Positions 1-9,823 are shown, counted from the first letter of the stretch. The stretch is 64,000 bases of DNA from Acidimicrobiales bacterium (GCA_035526335.1 DATLCN010000026.1:14765-78764), one strand, 5' to 3'. Numbers and translations: made by a program. Notes: generated from the sequence alone by a model not told the origin.

Positions 1-369
1 CCACCTCAGATCGATGAAGTCCACCACCGCACCCCCGTGGTCGCGCAGGAAGCGGTCGGCCAGGTTCCCGGCGGCTCCCCCGGCCACCAGCCCCAGGGCG
101 ACAGCCGCGACCGGCGTCGTGGCCGCCCCTCGTCCGAACCCGACCAGGACCACCAGCACGGCGATGGCGACGACCATGAACAGCGGAGCCAGTCCCTGGC
201 CGAGCCCGAAGGCGGCACCGCTGTTGAACGACAGCTTGAATCGGAGCGTCCACACCACGTGAACCGGCCCGTCGTCGAGCGCCCGCAGCGCCCACGACTT
301 CGTGAGTTGGTCCACGGCCACCACGGCGCCGGCGGTGCCCGCGCCGAGGGCAAGGCGGGCCGAGGTCAA
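1..369 (-). CDS. lspA: lipoprotein signal peptidase II (3' end beyond the window edge)
   Basis: The frame runs off the left edge, so it is absent from the ORF track. My minus-strand translation gives ...LTKSWALRALDDGPVHVVWTLRFKLSFNSGAAFGLGQG...GLVAGGAAGNLADRFLRDHGGAVVDFIDLRW, which carries the NSGAAFG and GNxxDR/VVDF motifs of LspA. A candidate TTG start (369..367) overlaps the TGA of the upstream gene (TTGA). Confidence 0.8.
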   Translation of the reverse strand, partial: MTSARLALGAGTAGAVVAVDQLTKSWALRALDDGPVHVVWTLRFKLSFNSGAAFGLGQGLAPLFMVVAIAVLVVLVGFGRGAATTPVAAVALGLVAGGAAGNLADRFLRDHGGAVVDFIDLRW

Positions 370-1244
370 CGCCTCGACAGGCCCCCGCTCTTGCATGCGA
401 CGCAGAGACGGGCGTGGGGCAGCGCCTTGAGCCTGGCCCGGGGTATCAACTGGCCACAGCCCTCACAGATGCCATAGGAGCCGCCGTCGAGCTTTGCCAG
501 CGCGTGGTCTATCTCGTCGACCTCGACGCGGGCCTGGGCCGAGAGGGCGAGGTCGCGCTCGCGATCGACGGCGGCGGTGGCGCCCTCACCCGACTCGTCG
601 TCGAACTGGATGTCACCCGGCTCCATCTCCTGGGCCAGTTGGTCGGCCTCCGCCTTCAGGTCCGCGGCCTGGGCCACGTAGGAGATGCGCTCGTGCTCGA
701 GCAGCACCCGCTGCTCATCGAGGAACTTGTCGGCGCCGGCACCCTCGATCCGCTTGGCCGGCTTTGCCGCGCTGGCCGCCTTCTCCGCCTTCGCCGGCGG
801 CTCGGCTCTCGCGGCCTTGGCCGCCGGCTCCGCTTTCGCAGCCTTGGCTGCGCCGGACTTCTTACCGGGGGGCGCAGGAGCCTTGGCTGCTTTGGCCGGC
901 TTGGTGGCCCTGGCCGCCTTGGAGGACGAAGGAGCGGCGACGGAGGAGGGGCCCTTGCCTGCCGCACCCGACTTGGCTGCGGCCTTCGATGGTTTCGCCG
1001 CGGCTTTCGGTTCGGATTTGGCCGCGCCGGCGGCGGCGACCTTCCGGCCGGGCTGCTTGGCGGCGTCGACGGCTTTCGAAGCTCTGGGCAACGCTGAACT
1101 CCCGGATCGGCGGGTGGCGGACGGTAGCACGGGCCATGGTGACGCTGGGGCAGGCAGGCCCGGCAGAGCGACCGGTGTGGCTGGTGGGGCCTCTACCGTA
1201 GGCCGCGGGGCGGCCGGCGTGCGCGGCGAGGTCGAAAAGGTCAT
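366..1244 (-). CDS. TraR/DksA-family C4 zinc-finger protein with a long Ala/Lys/Pro-rich N-terminal region
   Basis: The C-terminus ...DEIDHALAKLDGGSYGICEGCGQLIPRARLKALPHARLCVACK has a CxxC-N17-CxxC zinc finger after a coiled-coil segment. It is preceded by about 110 aa of AKP-rich low complexity. The first ~50 codons use many rare A/T-ending codons, so the true start may be TTG 1091 or GTG 1130. Confidence 0.75.
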   Translation of the reverse strand: MTFSTSPRTPAAPRPTVEAPPATPVALPGLPAPASPWPVLPSATRRSGSSALPRASKAVDAAKQPGRKVAAAGAAKSEPKAAAKPSKAAAKSGAAGKGPSSVAAPSSSKAARATKPAKAAKAPAPPGKKSGAAKAAKAEPAAKAARAEPPAKAEKAASAAKPAKRIEGAGADKFLDEQRVLLEHERISYVAQAADLKAEADQLAQEMEPGDIQFDDESGEGATAAVDRERDLALSAQARVEVDEIDHALAKLDGGSYGICEGCGQLIPRARLKALPHARLCVACKSGGLSRR

Positions 1245-1269
1245 GGACCGGCGCTCTTAGAGTACGGCC

Positions 1270-4200
1270 ATGTTTCCGTACCCCGACGTGCCCCGGCAGC
1301 CCGACCTGCCGAGGATCGAAGAGGCGGTGCTGGCCTTCTGGGCCGCCGACGACACCTTCCGTGCGTCGGTCGAGCAGCGGGAGGCGGGCGACACTGAGTT
1401 CGTGTTCTACGACGGCCCGCCCTTCGCCAACGGCCTTCCCCACTACGGCCACCTCCTCACCGGTTACGTGAAGGACGCCGTCCCCCGATACCAGACCATG
1501 AGGGGCCGCCGGGTGGAGCGGCGCTTCGGATGGGACTGCCACGGACTGCCGGCCGAGATGGCGGCGGAGAAGGAGCTCGGTATCAGCGGGCACGTGGCCA
1601 TCAACGAGTACGGCGTCGCCCGTTTCAACGAGGCATGCCGCACCTCGGTGCTCCGCTACACCCGCGAATGGCGCTCATATGTAACCCGCCAGGCCCGGTG
1701 GGTCGACTTCGACGACGACTACAAGACCCTCGACCCCTCGTACATGGAGAGTGTCATCTGGGCCTTCAAGCAGCTTTGGGACAGGGGCCTCGTCTACGAG
1801 GGATACAAGGTACTGCCCTACTGCTGGGAATGCGAGACGCCGCTCTCCAACTTCGAGACCCGCCTGGACGACGCCTACCGCCTGCGCCAGGACCCTGCTC
1901 TGACCGTGCGGTTCGAGCTGGAGACCGGCGAGCACGCCCTGGTGTGGACGACCACGCCGTGGACACTGCCGTCCAACCTCGCCCTCGCCGTGGGCCCCGA
2001 CATCGACTACGCCGTGCTCGAGGAGGAGGGCCACCGCTACCTCATCGGAGAGGCCACTCTCGCCGCTTACGAGAAGGAGCTCGGGGGGGCCGAGCGGGTG
2101 GGATCGTTGAAAGGTGGTGACCTGGTGGGGCGGAGCTACCGGCCCCTGTTCCCCTTCTTCTCCCGGACAACCAACGCCTTCCGGGTGCTGGCCGGGGACT
2201 TCGTCGACACCGACGAGGGAACCGGTATCGTCCACCTGGCGCCGGGCTTCGGCGAGGACGACCAGCGGGTGTGCGAGGCGGCGGGCATACCGGTGGTGGT
2301 CCCGGTCGACGAGAGGGCCAGGTTCACGGCCGAGGTACCCGATTACGCGGGCCTCCAGGTCTTCGAGGCCAACGCGGCGGTGATCCGCGATCTCAAGTCG
2401 GCGGGGGCCGTCATCCGCCATGACTCCTATGAACACAGCTACCCTCACTGCTGGCGAACCGACACGCCGCTGGTCTACCGGGCCATCGGCTCGTGGTTCG
2501 TCGACGTCACCGCCGTGAAGGCCAGGGCCGTGGAGTTGAACTCGAAGATCAACTGGGTGCCCGAGCACGTCCGCGACGGTGCCTTCGGCAAGTGGCTGGA
2601 GAACGCCAGGGACTGGTCGATCAGCCGCAACCGGTTCTGGGGCTCACCCATCCCGGTCTGGAAGAGCGACGATCCGGCCCATCCCCGGATCGACGTCTAC
2701 GGCAGCCTCGACGAGCTGGCCCGCGACTTCGGCGTTCGCCCCGAGGACCTGCACCGCCCCGGCATCGACGAACTGACCAGGCCCAATCCCGATGACGCCA
2801 CAGGGCAGGCCACCATGCGCCGGGTCGAGGAGGTGCTCGACTGCTGGTTCGAGTCGGGCTCGATGCCCTACGCCCAGGTCCACCACCCGTTCGAGAACCG
2901 TGAATGGTTCGAGGCCCATTTCCCCGCCGACTTCATCGTCGAGTACGTCGGCCAGACCCGCGCCTGGTTCTACAACCTGCACGTGCTCTCCACGGCGCTG
3001 TTCGACCAGCCGGCGTTCGACACCTGCGTGGTGCACGGCGTCATCCTCGGCAACGACGGGAGGAAGGCCTCCAAACGGCTCCGCAACTACACGGACCCCG
3101 AGGAGATGTTCGCCACCTTCGGCGCCGACGCCGTCCGCTGGTTTCTCCTGTCCTCGGCCGTGCTGCGCGGCCAGGACCTCAGCCTGGCCAACGACCGCCA
3201 AGACATCGCCGAGGCGGCACGCCGCGCCATCCTCCCTCTGTGGAACGCGTGGCACTTCTTCACCCTCTACGCCAACACCGAGGCCTACAGGGCCCGGTGG
3301 CGCACCGATGCCGGCGGCGTCCTCGACCGTTACGTCCTGGCCAAGGCGGCGGAGCTGGTCGAGACGGTGACCGTGCGCATGGACGCCTACGACATCGCCG
3401 GCTCCTGTGCCGTCATCGAGGCGTTTCTCGACGCCTTGTGCAACTGGTACATCCGGCGATCCCGCGACCGGTTCTGGCAGGGCGACGTCGACGCCTTCGA
3501 CACTCTCGCCACGGTCCTCGAGGTGGCCTGCCGTGTGGCCGCGCCCCTTCTCCCCCTGATCACCGAGGACGTGTACCGCGGGCTCACCTCCGGCCGCAGC
3601 GTGCACCTCAGCGACTGGCTCGAGGACGGTGAGCTTCCCGTCGACCCCGATCTCGTGTCCACCATGGACCGAGTGCGCGAGGTCTGCTCGGCCGCCTCCT
3701 CGATCCGGAAGGCCGCCGGCCTGCGGGTCCGCCTCCCGCTCCCCCGGTTGACGGTCGCCGCGGCCGACGCCGAGACGCTGGAGCCCTACCGCCGGCTGAT
3801 CGCCGAGGAGGTCAACGTCAAGGAGGTCGTGCTTTCCGCTGACGTGGAGGCACTGGGCTCGGTGGTCCTCCAGGTGGTTCCGGGTGTCCTCGGTCCCCGC
3901 ATCGGCGGCGAGGTGCAGCGGGTCATCAAGGCGGTGCGGGCCGGGGAGTGGGAACGCTCGGGCGACGGCTCGGTGTCGGTGGCCGGAAGGGTCCTGGAGC
4001 CGGATGAGTACGTGCTTCGCCTGGTGGCGGCCGCCGAGGGAGCGGGGCGGACCCTACCGGGCGACGAGGGGTTGGTCGTACTGGACCTGGCCGTCACACC
4101 CGAACTCGAATCCGAGGGCCTTGCTCGCGACGTGGTGCGCCTCGTCAACGAAGCCCGCAAGGACGCCGGCCTGCACGTGTCCGACCGGGTACTTCTCGTG

Positions 4201-4368
4201 CTCGAGGTTCCCGACGACGTGGCTGTCGCCGTCCAGGAGCATCGTTCCCACGTCATGGCCGAGACCCTGAGCATCGAGCTCGCCTTCGGCGACCTGGTCG
4301 AAGGGCACCGCTACCAACTACCCGACGGCCGCGCCGTAGGGGTGGGCGTGACGCTGATCGAACCCTGA
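1270..4368 (+). CDS. ileS: isoleucine--tRNA ligase (long, actinobacterial/eukaryote-like type)
   Basis: 1032 aa with a HIGH-type motif (PHYGHLLTG), a KMSKS-like segment ([10 protein letters not shown]) and the WCWEC/CWR zinc-type segments of class Ia IleRS. GC3 is high throughout. Confidence 0.97.
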   Translation: MFPYPDVPRQPDLPRIEEAVLAFWAADDTFRASVEQREAGDTEFVFYDGPPFANGLPHYGHLLTGYVKDAVPRYQTMRGRRVERRFGWDCHGLPAEMAAEKELGISGHVAINEYGVARFNEACRTSVLRYTREWRSYVTRQARWVDFDDDYKTLDPSYMESVIWAFKQLWDRGLVYEGYKVLPYCWECETPLSNFETRLDDAYRLRQDPALTVRFELETGEHALVWTTTPWTLPSNLALAVGPDIDYAVLEEEGHRYLIGEATLAAYEKELGGAERVGSLKGGDLVGRSYRPLFPFFSRTTNAFRVLAGDFVDTDEGTGIVHLAPGFGEDDQRVCEAAGIPVVVPVDERARFTAEVPDYAGLQVFEANAAVIRDLKSAGAVIRHDSYEHSYPHCWRTDTPLVYRAIGSWFVDVTAVKARAVELNSKINWVPEHVRDGAFGKWLENARDWSISRNRFWGSPIPVWKSDDPAHPRIDVYGSLDELARDFGVRPEDLHRPGIDELTRPNPDDATGQATMRRVEEVLDCWFESGSMPYAQVHHPFENREWFEAHFPADFIVEYVGQTRAWFYNLHVLSTALFDQPAFDTCVVHGVILGNDGRKASKRLRNYTDPEEMFATFGADAVRWFLLSSAVLRGQDLSLANDRQDIAEAARRAILPLWNAWHFFTLYANTEAYRARWRTDAGGVLDRYVLAKAAELVETVTVRMDAYDIAGSCAVIEAFLDALCNWYIRRSRDRFWQGDVDAFDTLATVLEVACRVAAPLLPLITEDVYRGLTSGRSVHLSDWLEDGELPVDPDLVSTMDRVREVCSAASSIRKAAGLRVRLPLPRLTVAAADAETLEPYRRLIAEEVNVKEVVLSADVEALGSVVLQVVPGVLGPRIGGEVQRVIKAVRAGEWERSGDGSVSVAGRVLEPDEYVLRLVAAAEGAGRTLPGDEGLVVLDLAVTPELESEGLARDVVRLVNEARKDAGLHVSDRVLLVLEVPDDVAVAVQEHRSHVMAETLSIELAFGDLVEGHRYQLPDGRAVGVGVTLIEP

Positions 4369-4408
4369 CGCCGCCCGGCGGGTCGGGGTCCCCGCCGCCG
4401 GAGCGGCA

Positions 4409-5620
4409 CTAGCGCTTCTTGGCGACCTTCTTGACCGCGGATGGCGGCCTCTTGGCCGCGGTCGCCTTCTTGGTGGCCGTCCGGGTGACGGGGCTGGGCT
4501 GCTTGACCGGCGCCGCCTTCTTTGCAGCGGCGTTCTTTACGGCGGCCTTCTTTACGGCGGCCTTCTTTACAGCGGCCTTCTTCACCGGCGTGGCCTTGAC
4601 CGGCACGGCCTTCTTGGCCGGCGCCTTCTTGGCCGGGGCCCGCTTCACCGGCACCCGGGGTGCGGCGACCGGAGGTGGTGGCGGTGGGGCGGGAACCGAG
4701 CCGTCGGCGGGCTCGAACATGTCGTCGATGCGGTCGAGGATGGCCGCCCGGTTCTTTCCCTGCTCCTCGCGCTCGGCGACCACGTCCAGCTCGTCGTCGT
4801 CGAGGTCGTCGAGCAGGGGCAGGATCTGTGCCACGGGCAGGCGGTCGTAGTCCGCGATCGGGAACGACGCATCCACAGGTGCCACGGCCGGGATGACTGC
4901 CGTGGGATCCTGGGTGTCCAGTCCGGCGTCGACGTCCTCGTCGTACCCGTCGTCGTCGACATCGACGTCGTCGACGAGGTCGTCCTCGGTCTCGGCTTCG
5001 AGACCTTTCTCCTCGTCGTCGTCGTCGGGGTCCATCACGGGCTCGGCGGTGACGGCGGCAGGGGGAGCATCCTGCTCCGTCTCCAGCTCATCCATCAGGA
5101 TGTCGATTCGGCGAAGCACGGTGGTGCGGTTCTTGCCCTGCTCCTCGCGCTCCCGGACGAGGTCGAGATCGTCGAGATCGAGCTCCTCCAGAGCGGGGAG
5201 GATCTGGCTCACGCGCAGCGTGTCGTACCCGTCGATCGGGAAGTCGTCGACAGCCACAGCGGTGGCAGCAGAAGCTGCCGGAACGGCGGCCGGCTCGGGC
5301 TCGGGCGCCGGCTGCGACCGGTAGCTCATGGCGGGCGTGGGAGGAGGTGGCGGGGACTGAGGTGTCCAGCTTCCGGGCGACGGAGCCGGCGTGAACCCCG
5401 ATGCCGAAGGGCCCCCGGCTTCCTGGCGCTTGCTCATGCGGGAAAACACCACGAGCACGATCCCCGCGATGACGCTGCACGCGATGGACAGGTATATCGG
5501 GGCGAGTGAGTTGGAGACGAAGCCGATCACGAGGGCTACGGCCCCGACCAACACCAAACCGATTGTTACAAAGAGCAACACAGAGGCACCATCCGGGTTG
5601 TCGACACGGGCGGGAGGCAT
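4409..5620 (-). CDS. membrane-anchored protein with a duplicated acidic module and a Lys/Ala-rich histone-H1-like tail; function unknown
   Basis: The N-terminus has two hydrophobic helices (VLLFVTIGLVLVGAVALVIGF, IYLSIACSVIAGIVLVVF) followed by a Pro-rich linker. Two copies of a ~45-aa module follow (YDxLxVxQILPxLxxLDxDxLDxVxEREEQGKNRxxxLxRID). The C-terminus is a KKAAV/PAKKA repeat tail. Coding-type GC3. Confidence 0.6.
   Translation of the reverse strand: MPPARVDNPDGASVLLFVTIGLVLVGAVALVIGFVSNSLAPIYLSIACSVIAGIVLVVFSRMSKRQEAGGPSASGFTPAPSPGSWTPQSPPPPPTPAMSYRSQPAPEPEPAAVPAASAATAVAVDDFPIDGYDTLRVSQILPALEELDLDDLDLVREREEQGKNRTTVLRRIDILMDELETEQDAPPAAVTAEPVMDPDDDDEEKGLEAETEDDLVDDVDVDDDGYDEDVDAGLDTQDPTAVIPAVAPVDASFPIADYDRLPVAQILPLLDDLDDDELDVVAEREEQGKNRAAILDRIDDMFEPADGSVPAPPPPPPVAAPRVPVKRAPAKKAPAKKAVPVKATPVKKAAVKKAAVKKAAVKNAAAKKAAPVKQPSPVTRTATKKATAAKRPPSAVKKVAKKR
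4511..4630. repeat. 15-bp tandem repeat array (about 8 units, 4 near-identical) encoding (K-K-A-A-V)n
   Basis: The plus strand has ...agcggcgttctttac ggcggccttctttac ggcggccttctttac agcggccttcttcac..., decaying on both sides. It lies in the 3' end of CDS 4409..5620. Confidence 0.85.
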
Positions 5621-5669
5621 CCTACGCGCGGTTGCCCGACCGCGGGCAAGGACTCCGCCGTCAGGCCCC

Positions 5670-6359
5670 TCACCAGGACTGCTGCATGCTGGCCGTCTCG
5701 GCCTGGTCGTCCTCCTGCGACGAGCCTGATTCGTCAGGTTCGTCCGACGCCTCCTCGCCGAGCGCCCGCGGAGGCTCGGCCGCGGGACTGCCCCACGTCT
5801 TTATCGAGTTGAGGTCGAGCTGATGCAGAGCGGGAGGAGGCGAAGCGCCAGGCACCGCCTGGCGCAGGTTCGCAGCTGCCTCGAGCAGGGATGACTCGAC
5901 CTTCTCGCGTTCGGTCTCCAGGTACCGCGCCAGCGCGGCGACGTCCTGGCGCAACTGTTCGCGGGATGCCTCCAGGCGACCCACGTCGGCCCAGATCTGC
6001 GACTGCGCCTCCTCGGCCAGCCGGCGGGCCTGATCCCGCGCCTCTTCGGCCATGGCCAGACCCTGGGCGTGCGCTGCCTCGATGATGCGCGCCGCCTGGT
6101 CCCTGGCCTCCTGTACGGCAAGGTCGGCCGTGCGCTGGGCCAGACCCAGAGTGCGCCTCAGGGAATCGTCCCCGTCGAAGACCTCCCGCGCCTGCTGCTC
6201 AGCCCGCAGGGCGCGCTCAGTGGCCTCCCTGAGACGCTCCTGGAGAATCTCCAGACCGGCGGCGACGCGCTCGAGGAACTCGTCCACGTCGTCCTGGTTG
6301 TATCCGCGCAGCTTCTCGCGGAACTCGACCTCGCGAATGGTGTTCGGCGAGACGTCCAT
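5670..6359 (-). CDS. divIVA: DivIVA/Wag31-family cell-pole and division protein
   Basis: MDVSPNTIREVEFREKLRGYNQDDVDEFLERVA is the canonical DivIVA N-terminal domain, followed by coiled-coil. The track ORF starts 7 codons upstream (6380) in rare codons, so I prefer ATG 6359. Confidence 0.9.
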   Translation of the reverse strand: MDVSPNTIREVEFREKLRGYNQDDVDEFLERVAAGLEILQERLREATERALRAEQQAREVFDGDDSLRRTLGLAQRTADLAVQEARDQAARIIEAAHAQGLAMAEEARDQARRLAEEAQSQIWADVGRLEASREQLRQDVAALARYLETEREKVESSLLEAAANLRQAVPGASPPPALHQLDLNSIKTWGSPAAEPPRALGEEASDEPDESGSSQEDDQAETASMQQSW

Positions 6360-6455
6360 GGCTTTCGATGCTACCGCCACCGGCTCCGAGATCCTGGGAC
6401 CGTCGACGCGAACCGGCTCCCTCGGAATTTACGGCCGCACCCGCTTGCAACAAGG

Positions 6456-6710
6456 TCAACAGACGAGAGGCAGGATCAACAGCTGCACGACCAATACGAC
6501 GATCATCGGCGAGAGGTCGATTCCTATTCCCCCTCCGCCGATCGGCGGCAGGATCCTGCGGATGGGGCCCAGGACCGGCTCGGTGACGGTGTAGAGGGTC
6601 GAGAACAACGACGACATCACGGTGCCGGGGGCGAGGGGGAAGAAGCTCAGGACGACCCTGGCGAAGATGGCTACGAGGTAGATCTGGACGGCGGCACAGA
6701 CGACTCCCAT
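6456..6710 (-). CDS. yggT: YggT-family membrane protein
   Basis: An 84-aa two-TM protein with ...ARVVLSFFP...VTEPVLGPIRRILPPIGG..IDLSPMIV, sitting in the canonical position between sepF and divIVA. Confidence 0.85.
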   Translation of the reverse strand: MGVVCAAVQIYLVAIFARVVLSFFPLAPGTVMSSLFSTLYTVTEPVLGPIRRILPPIGGGGIGIDLSPMIVVLVVQLLILPLVC

Positions 6711-6719
6711 CGGGTCGGC

Positions 6720-7280
6720 TCAGGCCCGGTACAAGCCGCGCTCCTGCAACCTTCGCTTCTCCTCGGCGGAGACCTCGACGTTGGAGGGAGTGAGCAGGAA
6801 CACGTGGTCGGCCACCTTGTCCATCGAGCCACCGAGCACATAGGCGGCACCACTGCAGAAGTCGATCATCCGCCGCGACAACTCCCTGTCGGCCGCCTGG
6901 AGGTTGACGATCACGGGCTGGCTGGCCTTCAGCCTGTCGCCGATCTCCTGGGCGTCGGGAAACCGCATCGGGGCGATCACGTGGACCTTGGGGTTCTGCG
7001 CCACCGTGATCGGGCGGACCAGCGATGGTCGCGGTGTCACCGGCGACACGGGCCCCACCGTCTCGTGCTGGGCCGGCGCCTCCCGCGGCAGCGTGCGGAT
7101 GGTGCTCGACCCGCTCACGGGCTCGTACGGCTCGGGCCCATATGCCCGCGCCGCCCTGGGCTGAGCCTGCGTCTGTTGGTGCGGCTGTTGCAGCCCGCCC
7201 TCGTCATAGTTGTCGTACTCCTCGAAGTCGTCGTCGACGAGGCCCAGATACACCATCGCCCGCCGGACCATTCCAGCCAT
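6720..7280 (-). CDS. sepF: cell division protein SepF
   Basis: The C-terminal 186 aa of track ORF 6720..8036 reads MAGMVRRAMVYLGLVDDD...VHVIAPMRFPDAQEIGDRLKASQPVIVNLQAADRELSRRMIDFCSGAAYVLGGSMDKVADHVFLLTP. ATG 7280 abuts the yggS stop. Confidence 0.9.
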   Translation of the reverse strand: MAGMVRRAMVYLGLVDDDFEEYDNYDEGGLQQPHQQTQAQPRAARAYGPEPYEPVSGSSTIRTLPREAPAQHETVGPVSPVTPRPSLVRPITVAQNPKVHVIAPMRFPDAQEIGDRLKASQPVIVNLQAADRELSRRMIDFCSGAAYVLGGSMDKVADHVFLLTPSNVEVSAEEKRRLQERGLYRA

Positions 7281-7951
7281 CACCAGCCTCCTCGTGGGTG
7301 AGAATATCGTCGCAGGTCGCGAACCCCTGGACGCGGACCGAACAGGGCGCGGCCCACGCGCACCATGGTGGACCCCGCTTCGACGGCCAGCTCCAGGTCG
7401 CCGGACATGCCTATCGAGAGCTCTTCGAGCCCGAGCGCGGCGCGCAACGACGCCAGACGCCCGAACTCGTTCCGCGACCCACTGGTCGAACCGACGGCCA
7501 TCAGCCCCCGGACGTCGAGGTCGGCCTGGCGTAGGCCGTCCACCAGCGCCTCGGTTTCCGACCACGCGCAGCCGGGCCGGCCCGGCTGCTCCGTCACGTT
7601 CACCTGAACGAGCACTGCCGCTCCGGGTGCGTGGCGCGCCACCTCGTGACCGGCCACCAGCCGGTCGACCGACTGCCACAGGTGCACGAACGGGGCCAGA
7701 GCACGAACCTTGCGCCGCTGGATGGCACCGAGGAAGTGCCACCGCGGACCTTCGTCGACCTGGGCCGCCTTGCCCAGGAGCTCCTGGGCGTAGTTCTCGC
7801 CGAGGTCTTCGATCCCCGAGTTGCGCACAGCATCGATCTGCTCGGGGCCGAAGCCCTTGGTGACCGCCACCACGGTGATCCGCCGGTGTTCTCCGCCGGC
7901 GGCGCCGATGCGACGCCGAACCTCGGCCACGCGCTCGGTTACGGCTTCCAT
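7280..7951 (-). CDS. yggS: YggS/YlmE-family pyridoxal-phosphate homeostasis protein
   Basis: [15 protein letters not shown]...ITVVAVTKGF...LGENYAQEL...WHFLGAIQRRKV...LMAVG...LSIGMSGDLELAVEAGSTMVRVGRALFG. The start is trimmed from track ORF 7280..8293. Confidence 0.9.
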   Translation of the reverse strand: MEAVTERVAEVRRRIGAAGGEHRRITVVAVTKGFGPEQIDAVRNSGIEDLGENYAQELLGKAAQVDEGPRWHFLGAIQRRKVRALAPFVHLWQSVDRLVAGHEVARHAPGAAVLVQVNVTEQPGRPGCAWSETEALVDGLRQADLDVRGLMAVGSTSGSRNEFGRLASLRAALGLEELSIGMSGDLELAVEAGSTMVRVGRALFGPRPGVRDLRRYSHPRGGW

Positions 7952-8646
7952 ACGACCATGGCCTGTCGTTGGCGCTCGCCCCTCGCGCGGTAGGAGAAGA
8001 ACCGCTCCTCGGCGCAGGCGGTGCAGACGCCGGCATCGTGGACCAGGCTGGCGCCGGCCGCGTCGAGTGCGGCCGCCACGGTGGCGGGGAGATCTAGGGC
8101 AGGGCGGCCGCTCGGGCTCTCCGAGCGGATGCTCGCGCCGAATCGATGGGTGAGCTGATCGAGCTCGGGCCCGTCGAACCCGTAGCAGCCGGCGCGGATG
8201 CACGGACCGAGGGCGGCCTCGATCACAGTCGCGCCCATGGACCTCATTTGGGCAACGGTCGCCTGGACCACTCCGGCCGCCAGGCCACGCCAACCGGCGT
8301 GCACGGCGGCGACGACACCTTCGGGACTGGCCAGGGCCACGGGGGCGCAGTCGGCCGTCATGATGGCCAGGGCCTCGGGGCCGGAGGTGACCAGAGCGTC
8401 GCCGTCCTCTCCCCTGCCACGGGCGGAACCGCCCTGGGCGAGGGCCACGACGCCGGCACCATGGAGCTGATGGAGCCAGGCGACCGGGCGGCCGGCGAAC
8501 CCGGCGAGGCGCCCGAGTGCGGCCGACCCGGCGCGGTCCGGTGCCGCGGCCATGTCGCCATCGGTGCGATCGGTCCAGAGGACGGCGGCGCCGTCGAGGA
8601 CCGAGCCGCTAGCGCAGGAACGATGGAACGTCGAACTCGTCGTCAC
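7939..8646 (-). CDS. pgeF: peptidoglycan editing factor PgeF (YfiH / laccase-domain protein)
   Basis: ...[10 protein letters not shown]...[14 protein letters not shown]...[13 protein letters not shown]...[11 protein letters not shown]...[16 protein letters not shown] carries the conserved His/Cys/His residues of YfiH. The start is uncertain: GTG 8646 overlaps the ftsZ 3' end by 38 nt, and ATG 8553 is the alternative. Confidence 0.85.
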   Translation of the reverse strand: MTTSSTFHRSCASGSVLDGAAVLWTDRTDGDMAAAPDRAGSAALGRLAGFAGRPVAWLHQLHGAGVVALAQGGSARGRGEDGDALVTSGPEALAIMTADCAPVALASPEGVVAAVHAGWRGLAAGVVQATVAQMRSMGATVIEAALGPCIRAGCYGFDGPELDQLTHRFGASIRSESPSGRPALDLPATVAAALDAAGASLVHDAGVCTACAEERFFSYRARGERQRQAMVVWKP

Positions 8647-9706
8647 CGAGGTCCAGGTCTTCGTCTGCCTCGATGGCGAATGGATCGGGACGGCCCCGCA
8701 GGCCGAGGTTGGCCGCTCCACGCGTTTCACGGTCCTGGCGCGACGGGCGGTCGTCCTCCCAGCGGTCGAAACCGGCGGCGATGACGGTCACCCGAACCTC
8801 GTCGCCCATGGAGTCGTCGATCACGCTGCCGAAGATGATGTTGGCGTCGGCATGGGCCACACCGTGGATGATCTCCGCCGCCTCGTTGACCTCGAACAGC
8901 CCGAGGTCGCTTCCGCCGGCGATGTTGAGCAGGATCCCGCGGGCCCCCTCTATGGAGGCCTCGAGCAGCGGACTGGTGATGGCGGCCCGGGCCGCGTTGA
9001 TGGCCCTGCCCTCGCCCGACGCTGTGCCGATGCCCATGATGGCGGTGCCGGCGTTGCTCATGATCATCTTGACGTCGGCGAAGTCGGTGTTGATCAGGCC
9101 GGGGGTGGTGATCAGGTCGGTGATGCCCTGCACGCCCTGGAGGAGGACCTCGTCTGCCATCTTGAACGCGTTGACCATCGAGGTCTTGTCGTTGGAGACG
9201 GTGAGCAACCGGTCGTTCGGGATGATGATGAGGGTGTCGACCTTCTCCTTGAGCCGCTGGATCCCGGCATCGGCCTGCACCGCACGGCGGCGGCCCTCGA
9301 AGGCGAAGGGACGGGTGACCACGCCGATGGTGAGGGCACCGAGGGACTTGGCCACCTCGGCCACCACGGGCGCACCGCCTGTTCCGGTGCCGCCGCCCTT
9401 GCCCGCGGTGATGAACACCATGTCGGAGCCCTTGAGGACCTCTTCGATCTCGTCGCGGTGCTCTTCGGCCGCCTGCTTGCCGACCTCGGGGTCGCTGCCG
9501 GCGCCGAGGCCGCGGGTGAGTTGGCGGCCGATGTCGAGCTTGACGTCGGCGTCGCTCATGAGGAGGGCCTGCGCGTCGGTGTTGATGGCGATGAACTCCA
9601 CGCCCTTCAAACCGGCGTCGATCATGCGGTTCACGGCGTTGACGCCGCCGCCACCGATGCCTACGACCTTGATGACGGCGATGTAATTCTGGGCTGCGCC
9701 AGCCAT
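8609..9706 (-). CDS. ftsZ: cell division GTPase FtsZ
   Basis: [17 protein letters not shown], the tubulin signature [20 protein letters not shown] and the C-terminal DVPSFLR peptide. Confidence 0.98.
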   Translation of the reverse strand: MAGAAQNYIAVIKVVGIGGGGVNAVNRMIDAGLKGVEFIAINTDAQALLMSDADVKLDIGRQLTRGLGAGSDPEVGKQAAEEHRDEIEEVLKGSDMVFITAGKGGGTGTGGAPVVAEVAKSLGALTIGVVTRPFAFEGRRRAVQADAGIQRLKEKVDTLIIIPNDRLLTVSNDKTSMVNAFKMADEVLLQGVQGITDLITTPGLINTDFADVKMIMSNAGTAIMGIGTASGEGRAINAARAAITSPLLEASIEGARGILLNIAGGSDLGLFEVNEAAEIIHGVAHADANIIFGSVIDDSMGDEVRVTVIAAGFDRWEDDRPSRQDRETRGAANLGLRGRPDPFAIEADEDLDLGDDEFDVPSFLR

Positions 9707-9756
9707 GAGTTCTCCTCGTCGAGTGCCGGTGTCGGATCCGGCGGAAAGAAACCAAC

Positions 9757-9775
9757 CCTCAACATGAAGTTGAGG
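9757..9775 (-). promoter_or_regulatory. perfect 7-bp stem / 5-nt loop hairpin in the low-GC ftsQ-ftsZ intergenic leader
   Basis: CCTCAAC atgaa GTTGAGG, about 50 nt upstream of the ftsZ ATG. The role is unknown (processing or stability element, or coincidence). Confidence 0.3.
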
Positions 9776-9823
9776 TGTATACTCAGGTTGTTCAGGCCCG
9801 ACGGTCGAACATTAGCCCCATTG

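Noticed and set aside
1092-1269. An ileS T-box riboswitch call.
   Set aside because: I could not find a convincing T-box core (GGUGGNACCGCG) or a specifier-loop architecture by eye. It is left as a question in the findings and is not annotated as a feature.
6720-8036. Over-extended N-termini in track ORFs (also 7280..8293, 11519..13684, 12873..15095, 15268..16923, 21737..23227, 24750..26780, 24879..26021, 49769..51613, 51025..52194, 52029..54698, 53255..54991, 54769..55419).
   Set aside because: The extensions overlap the upstream conserved gene and translate to Arg/Pro-rich junk. The conserved protein N-terminus begins at an internal ATG/GTG/TTG, often forming an ATGA/GTGA overlap with the preceding stop. 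I reported the trimmed coordinates.
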